The notes beneath the pieces are model-generated. The model saw only the letters and a program-made list of their open reading frames with translations. It made no database searches and was not told where the DNA came from. A program made the position numbers and the translations under genes. A DNA stretch of 32,000 nucleotides, taken from positions 510,001 to 542,000 of the forward strand of contig NZ_BCZP01000001.1 of assembly GCF_001598795.1 (NCBI RefSeq). The letters run 5' to 3'. The DNA is from Delftia acidovorans NBRC 14950. GTDB lineage: Bacteria; Pseudomonadota; Gammaproteobacteria; Burkholderiales; Burkholderiaceae_C. Positions 17,104 through 25,115 of this stretch are shown one piece after another; the first letter of the stretch is position 1; every line of letters starts with the position of its first letter.

Positions 17104-17457
17104 TCAGACGGCCAGCAGCTCCACGTCGAACTTCAGCGTGGCGTTGGGGGGGATCACGCCGCCGGCGCCACGGGCGCCATAGCCCAGCTCGGCCGGGATG
17201 ATCAGGGTGCGCTGGCCGCCCACCTTCATGCCTTGCACGCCTTCGTCCCAGCCCTTGATCACCATGCCGCCGCCCAGGGGGAAGACGAAGGGATCGTTGC
17301 GGTCCTTGCTGGAGTCGAACTTGGCGCCCTGCACGCCGTTGTTGTAGAGCCAGCCCGTGTAGTGCACGGTCACGCTGCGGCCGCGCTGGGCTTCGGCGCC
17401 GTCGCCCACGACGGTGTCTTCATACTGCAGGCCGGATGCGGTGGTGGTGAAAGCCAT
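17104..17457 (-). CDS. FKBP-type peptidyl-prolyl cis-trans isomerase
   Basis: 117 aa from the ATG at 17457: MAFTTTASGLQYEDTVVGDGAEAQRGRSVTVHYTGWLYNNG...KFDSSKDRNDPFVFPLGGGMVIKGWDEGVQGMKVGGQRTLIIPAELGYGARGAGGVIPPNATLKFDVELLAV. Confidence 0.92.
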   Translation of the reverse strand: MAFTTTASGLQYEDTVVGDGAEAQRGRSVTVHYTGWLYNNGVQGAKFDSSKDRNDPFVFPLGGGMVIKGWDEGVQGMKVGGQRTLIIPAELGYGARGAGGVIPPNATLKFDVELLAV

Positions 17458-17566
17458 GGTGGTATTCCTTGAGAGAGAAACGGTTGGGGGAAAGGAGACG
17501 ACCCGGCTGGCCGGTGGCCCTGCGCGGGAAGAGGCCGTGGCGCCTGGTGCCGCGCCCGGCCTGACA

Positions 17567-17872
17567 TCACTTCTTGGCGCGCGCGGCCACCCAGCGGTTG
17601 GCAAAGGCCTGCACATCGGACAGGCGCTTGAGCAGGTCCTGGCCGGCCAGCGTCACGGTGTAGCCGTCGGAGCCATGCTCCAGCAGCCCGCACTCGCGCA
17701 GCTCCTTGATGCGGGTGTTCAGCGTGTTGGGCGTGATGCCGCCCACGCTGTCTTGCAGCAGTCGAAAGGTCTGAGGATGGCCGTCCCGCAGCGCCCACAG
17801 CACGCGCAACGCGTAGCGGCATTCGAGTTTCTCGAACAGCTGGTTGATGGCGGCGTTTTCCTTGGAGCTCAT
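17567..17872 (-). CDS. HxlR-family winged-helix transcriptional regulator
   Basis: 101 aa. KLECRYALRVLWALRDGHPQTFRLLQDSVGGITPNTLNTRIKELRECGLLEH is the typical HxlR domain. Confidence 0.85.
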   Translation of the reverse strand: MSSKENAAINQLFEKLECRYALRVLWALRDGHPQTFRLLQDSVGGITPNTLNTRIKELRECGLLEHGSDGYTVTLAGQDLLKRLSDVQAFANRWVAARAKK

Positions 17873-18092
17873 GACGCTTCTCCTTGCGCAATGGTGTGGG
17901 TGAGCCGGCGGGTGCGTCCGGGTGGGACGCGCGCCGAGCCAAGTCCCGGGGAACTATAGCTCTGGATCCATTCTGCTACAAGTTTGGTAGCTCAAAACCC
18001 ACAGCGGCAATGCCCCACGCTAGAGGAATACGCGTATGACCAAGCCAGTGTTGCAGGCCCGCCACGTGGCCTGCCCGCTGCGCGGCGGTTTC

Positions 18093-19169
18093 TCAGCTCT
18101 TGAGTTTGAGCAGATAGGTCATCACGCTGGCCGTGGTGTGCTCCAGCTCCAGAAAGCCGTTGAAATCGCGGCCCGCCTGCCAGGAAGGCTCCCAGCGGTT
18201 CTGGCGCAGGGCGCGTTGCCAGCTCTCGTGCTGCGTGGCCTGCTCCACGGCGCCCAGCAGGGCCTGGGCACGTGCGGCGCTGACCTGCTTGCCGGTGAAG
18301 ACGGCGCGCCAGTTGGCCATGTCCGCATCCAGCCCCTGCTCGCGGAACGAGGGCAGGCCGAACAGGCTGCGGCGCGAGGACACGCCGATGGCGCGCAGCT
18401 TGCCGCTGGCCAGCGCCTCGCTGAACTCGCTGTAGCCGGACACGCCCATGCGCGCATCGCCCTTGAGCAAGGCCTCCACCACCTGGGCGCCGCCAGGAAA
18501 GGGCTTGTAGACCAGTTGCTCGGGCGCCGCCTTGGCCGCGCGCGTGAGCAGGCCGGCGAACATGTGGTCCACGCCACCGGCCGAGCCACCCGCAAAAGAC
18601 TGGTGGGCCAGGTCGCTGCGCAGCGCGGCCACCAGGTCCTTGGCATTGCGGATGGGGGAGTCGGCCGGTACGGCCACGACCAGGTAATCGCTGGTCAGGC
18701 GGGCAATCGGCTGCACATGCGACATGTTGACGGCCGGCTTTTGCAGTGCCACCGCACCGACCATCACCATGCCGCCGATCAGCAAGGCGTCGGGGTCCTT
18801 GCCATGGCGCTCGGCAAACTGGGCCAGGCCGATGGTGCCTCCCTTGCCGCCCACGTTTTCATACTCCACGCGCTCGGCCGCGCCGCTGGCCACCAGCGCT
18901 GCGCCCAATGCGCGGCCGGTCTGATCCCAGCCGCCGCCGGCATTGGCCGGAATGACGATGCGCAGGCTGGTCGCCACGCGCTGGGCGCTGCCGGCAGCCC
19001 GTGGCGCATGGGCTGCAGGTGCTGCCGCTGGCGGTGCGGCATGGGCCAGAGGAGAGCACAGCATGGCCAGGGCAGCGCCCTGGGCCAGCATCTGGCGGCG
19101 GTTCTGGCGCGTTCCATCGGCGGTATGGGCGGCGTTGGCGGCGGTTTGCGAAAAGCTCGGAAGGCGCAT
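18093..19169 (-). CDS. Bug-family (TctC-like) tripartite tricarboxylate transporter substrate-binding protein, orphan
   Basis: About 358 aa from the ATG at 19169. RRQMLAQGAALAML signal region. RIVIPANAGGGWDQTGRALG and GGKGGTIGLAQFA are typical Bug motifs. No tctA or tctB nearby. Confidence 0.9.
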   Translation of the reverse strand: MRLPSFSQTAANAAHTADGTRQNRRQMLAQGAALAMLCSPLAHAAPPAAAPAAHAPRAAGSAQRVATSLRIVIPANAGGGWDQTGRALGAALVASGAAERVEYENVGGKGGTIGLAQFAERHGKDPDALLIGGMVMVGAVALQKPAVNMSHVQPIARLTSDYLVVAVPADSPIRNAKDLVAALRSDLAHQSFAGGSAGGVDHMFAGLLTRAAKAAPEQLVYKPFPGGAQVVEALLKGDARMGVSGYSEFSEALASGKLRAIGVSSRRSLFGLPSFREQGLDADMANWRAVFTGKQVSAARAQALLGAVEQATQHESWQRALRQNRWEPSWQAGRDFNGFLELEHTTASVMTYLLKLKS

Positions 19170-19325
19170 GCAGTCTCCAATCGGGTTCGCGCGCCATTGT
19201 GGGCGCAAATGAATCAGAAAAGCAGATTATGTAAGCATGTGCGTCAGCTGCTTGACACAACACAGTACAGCGCAGTCCGGCCCGCGCGGCTCTGTGATCT
19301 CTGGGCCGGTGCGGTCCCTCAGCGC

Positions 19326-21845
19326 TCAGAAGTCGTAACGCATGCTCACGTTGACGCTGCGTGGCGCGCCCCAGGTGTAGTACAGGCCCTGGGCATTGAA
19401 GTTGGTCACGCCCGAGAAATAGTGCTTGTCGAACAGGTTGTTGACGTTGGCCACGATGCTGAGATGGCGGTTGATCTGGTAGCGCGCCATCAGGTCCATC
19501 ACCCAGTAGGCGTCCTGGCGCAGCGTGGCGGCGCCGCGGCTGGTGGAGATGGCGCTTTGCCAGCGCGCGGCGCCGCCCACAGTCAGGCCGGACAGCGCGC
19601 CCTGCGCGAAGCGGTAGGTGGTGCCCAGCTTGAACTGGTGGCGCGGGCTGGTGGCGGCGTTGTCCAGATTGCTGTTGATGGTCACGTAGCTGCCCTGGGC
19701 CTGCCAGCCCTTGGCCAGCTCGCCGGACAGTTCCAGTTCGAAGCCGCGCCTGCGCGCGCCCTGGACCGCGCGGTAGGCCGTGTCGCCATTGGGCATGAGC
19801 CCGTCTTCCACGGCCGTGTTGTCGGTGCGCATCCAGAAATGGGCGACGCTGGCGTTCAACCGCTTGTCGAAGAATTCGCCCTTGGCGCCGATCTCGTAGG
19901 TCAGGCCCTCCTCGGGCGGCAGGGTGCGTTCCTGCAGATCCTTGGCGCTTTGCGCCTTGAAGATGCTGGCGTAGCTGCCATACAGCGAGATGTTCGGGCT
20001 GACGTCATACACCAGGCCCGCATAGGGCGTGACCACGCCGTGCTCGCGCATGTTGTAGTTGTACCAGCTGATGTCGGTCACATCCTTCTGGTCGTAGTTG
20101 GTCACGCGCAGGCCGGCGATCAGCTTCAGCGGATCGGCCAGATTGAGGCGTGCCGCGCTGTAGAGATAGCTGCGCTTGTTGCTGAACAGGTCGTTGGAAT
20201 AGGGGATGTTGTCCGCTGGCGCCGGGATGGCTGCGCCGCCCTGGCTGAAGTCCACCTGCGGCAGGTCCAGGCCGGGGCGCGCGCCGCGCAGCAGCGTGGT
20301 GCGGTTGCGTGCGGCGCCCGCGCCCACCAGCAACTCATGCTGGCGGCCGAACAGCGTGAACGGGCCCTGAACGTCGATGCTGATGTTCTGGTTGCGGGAC
20401 TCGATGTCCTTGTAGGCCGCGAACTGGGCCGAGCTGGGCAGGGCGTAGCGCAGCAGGCCGATCTGCATGTCGGGCGTCTTCACCTCTTCATGCGACATCT
20501 GCAGCTTGGCCTTCCAGCCGCTGGCAAAGCGGTGCTCCAGGCGCGCGAAGCTGTTGAGCGACTCCTGCTCGTAGCCCGACCAGGGCGCGGCGATGTTCAG
20601 CGAGCGCGGCATCCAGCCGACGAACTGGCCGGTGCCCGTGTAGCCCTGGATGGGCGTGGTGCCGCCCGAGCCGCGCAGTTCGCGCTGGCGGTAGGTGATG
20701 CCGGCGCTCAGCAGGGTGTCGGGGGTGAGGTCGTATTCCAGCGTGCCGTACAGCATGGAGCTGTTGCTGTGCTGGTGGTCGCGGAAGCTGTCGCCGCTCT
20801 TGCGCGAGGCCACCAGGCGGCCGCGCAGGCTGCCTTCCTGGTTCAGCGGACCGGCAATGTCGGCATCGGCACGGTAGGTGCCCCAGCTGCCCGCGCTGGC
20901 CATTACGCTGGCCTGGAAGTCGCGCGTGGGGCGCTTGCGGATCAGGTTGACCGTGGCTCCGTAGGCGCCGTCGCCATTGATCAGGCCCGACGAGCCCTTG
21001 AGCACTTCAACGCGGTCGATCTCGGCCAGATCGTCCAGCGAGTACATGATGTGCGTGTTCCAGCCCCAGCCATTGGTGAGCTGGCGGCTGCCATCGGTCT
21101 GCAGGTTGACGCTGGAGCCGCGCACGTTGAAGGTGGTCATCTCGCTTTGGCGGACCACGGCCACGCCGGGCGTCTGCTCCAGCACGTCGGTCAGCGTCTC
21201 CAGCTTGAAGTCATCCATGCGCTGGCGCGTCATCACGCTCACCGACTGCGGCGTCTCGCGCAGCGACAGGCCCAGGCCCGTGGCCGTGCTGCTGGGTCCG
21301 GTCGCGGTGTAGGCGCCCGTGCCTTCCGTGGCGCTGCCGACCTCGGCCTTGGCGGTGACGTGCACCTCGCCCAGCGTGGTGGCGCCTACGGCTGATGCGG
21401 CAGGCGCTGTCGAGGACGCAGGCGATGCCTGCGAGCGGCGCAGCGTATAGCCGCCGTTGCCCGAGGTCGCGGCCGCTAGGCCCGAGCCCGCCAGCAGGCG
21501 GGTCAGCGCCTCGGCCGGCGCATGGCTGCCCTGCAGGCCCGGGCTTTGCAGATCGCGCACCAGCTCGGGCGTATAGGCCAGCAGAACGCCCGAGGCCTTG
21601 GCGAAGCGCGTGAGCGCGGCCTCCAGCGGTCCTGCCGGAATGTCGTAGGCCTGGGCGCGCTCGGTACTACCTGTCTGGGCCTGGGCCTGGGCATTCGCGG
21701 GCAAGGGCAGGGCGGACAGGCTGGCCAGTGCGGCGGCCAGGGCCAGGGTCAATGCGGACAGGTGGAACACGGGCGCAGGTTGCGCGGGGCGGAGGACGCG
21801 TGCCGCCGCGGTAGCGAGGCGGCGCTGGTGATGGAGGTCGGACAT
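19326..21845 (-). CDS. TonB-dependent siderophore receptor / transducer with N-terminal STN signalling domain (FecA/FpvA type)
   Basis: 839 aa. Signal peptide, STN domain (QAYDIPAGPLEAALTRFAKASGVLLAYTPELV...ALTRLLAGSGL), plug and barrel, terminal RYDF. Immediately downstream of fecI-fecR-like genes. Confidence 0.92.
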   Translation of the reverse strand: MSDLHHQRRLATAAARVLRPAQPAPVFHLSALTLALAAALASLSALPLPANAQAQAQTGSTERAQAYDIPAGPLEAALTRFAKASGVLLAYTPELVRDLQSPGLQGSHAPAEALTRLLAGSGLAAATSGNGGYTLRRSQASPASSTAPAASAVGATTLGEVHVTAKAEVGSATEGTGAYTATGPSSTATGLGLSLRETPQSVSVMTRQRMDDFKLETLTDVLEQTPGVAVVRQSEMTTFNVRGSSVNLQTDGSRQLTNGWGWNTHIMYSLDDLAEIDRVEVLKGSSGLINGDGAYGATVNLIRKRPTRDFQASVMASAGSWGTYRADADIAGPLNQEGSLRGRLVASRKSGDSFRDHQHSNSSMLYGTLEYDLTPDTLLSAGITYRQRELRGSGGTTPIQGYTGTGQFVGWMPRSLNIAAPWSGYEQESLNSFARLEHRFASGWKAKLQMSHEEVKTPDMQIGLLRYALPSSAQFAAYKDIESRNQNISIDVQGPFTLFGRQHELLVGAGAARNRTTLLRGARPGLDLPQVDFSQGGAAIPAPADNIPYSNDLFSNKRSYLYSAARLNLADPLKLIAGLRVTNYDQKDVTDISWYNYNMREHGVVTPYAGLVYDVSPNISLYGSYASIFKAQSAKDLQERTLPPEEGLTYEIGAKGEFFDKRLNASVAHFWMRTDNTAVEDGLMPNGDTAYRAVQGARRRGFELELSGELAKGWQAQGSYVTINSNLDNAATSPRHQFKLGTTYRFAQGALSGLTVGGAARWQSAISTSRGAATLRQDAYWVMDLMARYQINRHLSIVANVNNLFDKHYFSGVTNFNAQGLYYTWGAPRSVNVSMRYDF

Positions 21846-21971
21846 GTTGGTGCGGTCTTTGGATCAGGGAGGAAACATGGCGCCGCAAAGCGCCTCTCCC
21901 CTGCTTGTCACGCGAGATGAGAAAAGGTACAGACCGATGTCACCGGGCCGGGTTGTCCCGCCGCCTTCTCT

Positions 21972-23015
21972 TCACGCCGGACCTATGCGCACCCAGTAGC
22001 GCACCGGCACATGGATGCGCACGGGCAGCACCTGTACCAGGGACTGCAGGATGCGATCCGTATCGGCGAGCGGGAAGACGCCTGACAGGCGCAACCCGGC
22101 CACCTCGGGTGCCAGCGTGATCAGCCCGGGTCGGTAGCGGCGCAGTTCGTCGATGAAGCGGTCCAGGCGCATGTCCGAGGCCACGAGCACGCCTTCGTCC
22201 CAGCCCGGCCCCTCGCCGGCCGCGCCGGCCGGCAGGGCCTGCGTGGCACTGAGCCTTGCGGCTTCGCCGCTGTCGACACGCAGCAACTCGCCCGTGCGGC
22301 TGCGGGCCTCGACCGCACCCTCGAAAACGGCCACGCGCGTATCCGCAGTCTCCATGTCATGGCGCACCGTGAAACGCTTGCCCAGGGCGCGCAGCCTGCC
22401 CGCGGGCGTGTCCACCACAAAGGGGCGCGCGGGCTGGGCCGTGTCATGGGCGGTGGCGACCATCAGCTCGCCGCGCAACAGCAGCACGCGGCGCAGCTGG
22501 TCGTCGAAGGCAAGGTCCACGGACGTCTCGGTGTTGAGCAGCAGCTGCGTGCCATCGGGCAACTGCAGGGAGCGCCGCTCGCCCTTGGCGGTGCTGACAT
22601 CGGCATTCCAGGCCTGCCAGGGCAGGCGCTCATGCGCAGTCCATGCCGCAGCACCTGCGCCGGCCAGGCCAGCGACGCTGGCCAGCAGGCGGCGGCGTGA
22701 CTGGGCGGTCTTGAGGCTGCGCGCCAGCGTGGCCGTGGCAAGGGGTCCATTGAGGGGACCGCTGTCCGGGCGTGCGTCAGGCAACCTGAGCCGCGCATTC
22801 GTGGCCTCGATGCGCTGCCAGGCCCGCTCATGCAGCGGATGGGCCGCGCGCCAGTCCAGCCATTGCGCGCGTTGTTCCGCTGTGCACTCGCCTGACCACA
22901 GCTGCACCAGCCAGTCCACGGCGCTGTGGACCACGTCAGGCGGCAGCGCGGGGTCGGCACTATGGGTGGAGCCATCGGCGCCATGGACGCGCCCGGCAGC
23001 GCAGCGCTGTGTCAT
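21972..23015 (-). CDS. fecR: FecR-family anti-sigma factor / transmembrane sensor
   Basis: About 347 aa from the ATG at 23015. N-terminal AVDWLVQLWSG...QWLDWRAAHPLHERAW, one TM (LLASVAGLAGAGAAAW), periplasmic FecR domain. The start overlaps the fecI stop (ATGA). Confidence 0.9.
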   Translation of the reverse strand: MTQRCAAGRVHGADGSTHSADPALPPDVVHSAVDWLVQLWSGECTAEQRAQWLDWRAAHPLHERAWQRIEATNARLRLPDARPDSGPLNGPLATATLARSLKTAQSRRRLLASVAGLAGAGAAAWTAHERLPWQAWNADVSTAKGERRSLQLPDGTQLLLNTETSVDLAFDDQLRRVLLLRGELMVATAHDTAQPARPFVVDTPAGRLRALGKRFTVRHDMETADTRVAVFEGAVEARSRTGELLRVDSGEAARLSATQALPAGAAGEGPGWDEGVLVASDMRLDRFIDELRRYRPGLITLAPEVAGLRLSGVFPLADTDRILQSLVQVLPVRIHVPVRYWVRIGPA

Positions 23016-23527
23016 GCCGCATGTTCCGGGAAGTAGCAATGCCGGATGGCGCGCGCCATGTACTGCTTGACCGAGCTGACCGAGACCTGCAGCAGCAACG
23101 CGATCTCGGCATAGGCCATGCCGTCCAGCTGGGCGTGCAAAAAGGCCGCGCGCACCTTGGGCGGCAGGCCGTCGAGCAGGCGGTCCAGCTCGCACAGCGT
23201 CTCCAGCACGATGGCGCGTTCCTCGGGCGAGGGCGCCAGCGGCTCGGGCTGCAGCGCCAGCGTGTCCAGATAGGCACGTTCAATTTCTCGGCGGCGCAGG
23301 TGGTTGGCCATCACGCGCTTGGCCACCGTGGTGAGGAAGGCGCGGGGCTCCCGGATCTCGGACAGTTCGGTGCGGGACTCCATCACGCGCACGTAGGTGT
23401 CCTGTGCGAAATCTGCCGCATCGCCTGCATGGCCCAGCCGGCGCTGCAGCCAGGTGCGCAGCCAGCCATGGTGCTGCTGGTAGAGATGGGCAAGGGCCTG
23501 GTGGGGAGTCACGGCGGGACAGGACAC
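23012..23527 (-). CDS. fecI: ECF sigma factor, FecI (iron-starvation) type
   Basis: 171 aa with region 2 (DAADFAQDTYVRVM) and region 4 (LPPKVRAAFLHAQLDGMAYAEIALLLQVSVSSVKQYMARA). The start is GTG at 23527; an alternative GTG lies at 23512. Confidence 0.9.
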   Translation of the reverse strand: MSCPAVTPHQALAHLYQQHHGWLRTWLQRRLGHAGDAADFAQDTYVRVMESRTELSEIREPRAFLTTVAKRVMANHLRRREIERAYLDTLALQPEPLAPSPEERAIVLETLCELDRLLDGLPPKVRAAFLHAQLDGMAYAEIALLLQVSVSSVKQYMARAIRHCYFPEHAA

Positions 23528-23546
23528 GAAGGGTAAAGAGAGAGAT

Positions 23547-23571
23547 GCAAGTGATAAGCATTCTTATTTTA
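23547..23571 (-). promoter_or_regulatory. Candidate Fur box overlapping a TAAAAT -10 element of the fecI promoter
   Basis: GCAAGTGATAAGCATTCTT (23547-23565) matches the Fur consensus at 13/19 by hand count. It contains the perfect dyad ATAAG-catt-CTTAT. The minus-strand TAAAAT lies at 23566-23571. Confidence 0.5.
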
Positions 23572-23632
23572 CTTTGGGTGATGCTGGCACCGCCTTGGCG
23601 TGGCGCACGATTAAGCCGGTAAAGCTTGTGTA

Positions 23633-23666
23633 AATGCGATCAATTCTTATTTGTGGGCGGTAGAAT
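23633..23666 (+). promoter_or_regulatory. Second Fur-like site plus TAGAAT -10 element, upstream of the PepSY-TM gene
   Basis: AATGCGATCAATTCTTATTT is a poor full-length consensus match (9/19) but repeats the 10-mer ATTCTTATTT of the first box (23560-23569 and 23643-23652). TAGAAT at 23661-23666. Confidence 0.35.
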
Positions 23667-23751
23667 CCCCGGGCCTTTCCTTTCCTGGGCTCCCGTGCCC
23701 GCCATCCGTGATGGTTGACGCCGCGTGGCGCTGCCGCCTTTTTCTGTTGCG

Positions 23752-24390
23752 ATGACATCCCCCAAACCGGACCCTCGGCGCCGTTCCTACTGGCTCAAGA
23801 CACTGCACGAGTGGCACTGGGTCAGCTCCGCGCTGTGCCTGATCGGCATGCTGCTGTTCGCCGTCACGGGGTTCACGCTCAACCATGCGGGGCAGATCGA
23901 GTCCAAGCCGCGCATCGTGCGTGGCGAGGCGGCATTGCCCGATGCGCTGCGCGTGCAGTTGGTCCAGCAGCAGGCCAGCCAGCCGCGCGACCGGGCGCCC
24001 GTGCCTGCGCCGTTTGCGGACTGGGTGCGCGGCCAGTGGGGCCTTGAGGCCGAGGGCCGCGAGGCCGAATGGACGGCCGACGAACTCTATGTCTCCCTGC
24101 CACGCCCCGGCGGCGATGCCTGGGTGCGCGTTGCCCTGGCCGATGGCGAGGCCGAATACGAGCGCACCGACCGGGGCTGGATCGCCTATCTGAACGACCT
24201 GCACAAGGGTCGCAACACGGGCGCCGCCTGGAGCTGGTTCATCGACATCTTTGCCGCAGCCTGCCTGGTGTTCACCGTCACGGGCCTGTTCATCCTGAAG
24301 ATGCATGCAGGCAATCGCCCCTTCACCTGGCCCATGGTCGGCATGGGGCTGGTGATTCCCATGCTGCTGGCCCTCCTGTTGATCCACTGA
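23752..24390 (+). CDS. PepSY-associated TM-helix membrane protein (short, about 212 aa)
   Basis: RRRSYWLKTLHEWHWVSSALCLIGMLLFAVTGFTLNH (PepSY_TM helix signature), then a roughly 110-aa hydrophilic domain, then YLNDLHKGRNTGAAWSWFIDIFAAACLVFTVTGLFIL and a third TM helix. Confidence 0.85.
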   Translation: MTSPKPDPRRRSYWLKTLHEWHWVSSALCLIGMLLFAVTGFTLNHAGQIESKPRIVRGEAALPDALRVQLVQQQASQPRDRAPVPAPFADWVRGQWGLEAEGREAEWTADELYVSLPRPGGDAWVRVALADGEAEYERTDRGWIAYLNDLHKGRNTGAAWSWFIDIFAAACLVFTVTGLFILKMHAGNRPFTWPMVGMGLVIPMLLALLLIH

Positions 24391-24410
24391 GAACCGAAAG
24401 AGCCTTGCCA

Positions 24411-24938
24411 ATGAATCCGCACTTCTCTCTGCGCTACACCATGGCGCTTGGCGCCTGCCTGGGCGCGGTCCCGGTCTTTGCCGCCGGCCTGAACGTGGGC
24501 GTGGAAATTCCGCGCCTGGATGTCGCCGAATACCACCGCCCCTACGTGGCCGTGTGGATCGAGCGCGCCGACGCCTCGGTTGCCTCCACGCTGTCGGTCT
24601 GGTACGACGTGAAGATGCGCAATGCCGAAGGCACGAAGTGGCTCAAGGACATGCGCCAGTGGTGGCGCCGCACGGGCCGTGACCTGACGTTGCCGATCGA
24701 TGGCGTGACCAGCCCCACGCGTCCCGTGGGCAAGCACCAGCTGAGTTTCACCGAAGGCGCCAATCCCTTCGCCAAGCTGCCGCCCGGTGAATACAAGCTC
24801 GTGGTCGAGGCCGCGCGCGAAGTCGGCGGCCGCGAAGTGGTTACCGTGCCCTTCAAGTGGCCCGCGGCCAAGGCCGAGCAACTGAGCGCCAAGGGCAGCA
24901 GCGAGCTGGGCGAGATCAGCGTCGAGCTCAAGCCTTGA
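24411..24938 (+). CDS. Periplasmic DUF2271 protein (candidate ApbE substrate)
   Basis: 175 aa. Signal peptide ...GAVPVFA-AG. EYHRPYVAVWIE, KWLKDMRQWWRRTGRD, IDGVTSPTRPVG and PGEYKLVVEAAREVGGRE fit the DUF2271 pattern as I recall it. Confidence 0.8.
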   Translation: MNPHFSLRYTMALGACLGAVPVFAAGLNVGVEIPRLDVAEYHRPYVAVWIERADASVASTLSVWYDVKMRNAEGTKWLKDMRQWWRRTGRDLTLPIDGVTSPTRPVGKHQLSFTEGANPFAKLPPGEYKLVVEAAREVGGREVVTVPFKWPAAKAEQLSAKGSSELGEISVELKP

Positions 24939-25115
24939 AATTGAAAGCCGCCGAGGCGCTGTGCGCCTTCCCCCTCACGAGGGGGACGACGCCATCGCTG
25001 CGGGGCGGCCAGGCCCTTGCTCGGCATCCCTGAGCTGAGCCCTGCATGTTGGTGGGCCACGCATCTTGCGGGGGATCCACGTGCCAGACCCATCCACGAA
25101 CCAAGGAGATTTTTC

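Noticed and set aside
18093-19169. Bug/TctC binding protein as part of the neighbouring iron island or of a TTT transporter
   Set aside because: There are no tctA or tctB genes nearby and no Fur-like site in its promoter region. Orphan Bug genes are very abundant in Comamonadaceae and Bordetella-type genomes, so adjacency to the receptor is probably coincidental.
18036-21395. 1119-aa plus-strand ORF spanning the Bug and FecA-like genes
   Set aside because: It is antisense to two well-supported minus-strand genes and crosses their intergenic region. Its composition is again Ala/Gly/Arg/His-rich with no domain signature.
21675-21692. Tandem CTGGGC x3 repeat
   Set aside because: It simply encodes the AQAQAQ stretch next to the signal-peptide cleavage region of the FecA-like receptor on the minus strand. 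It is too short to be a meaningful microsatellite or regulatory repeat.
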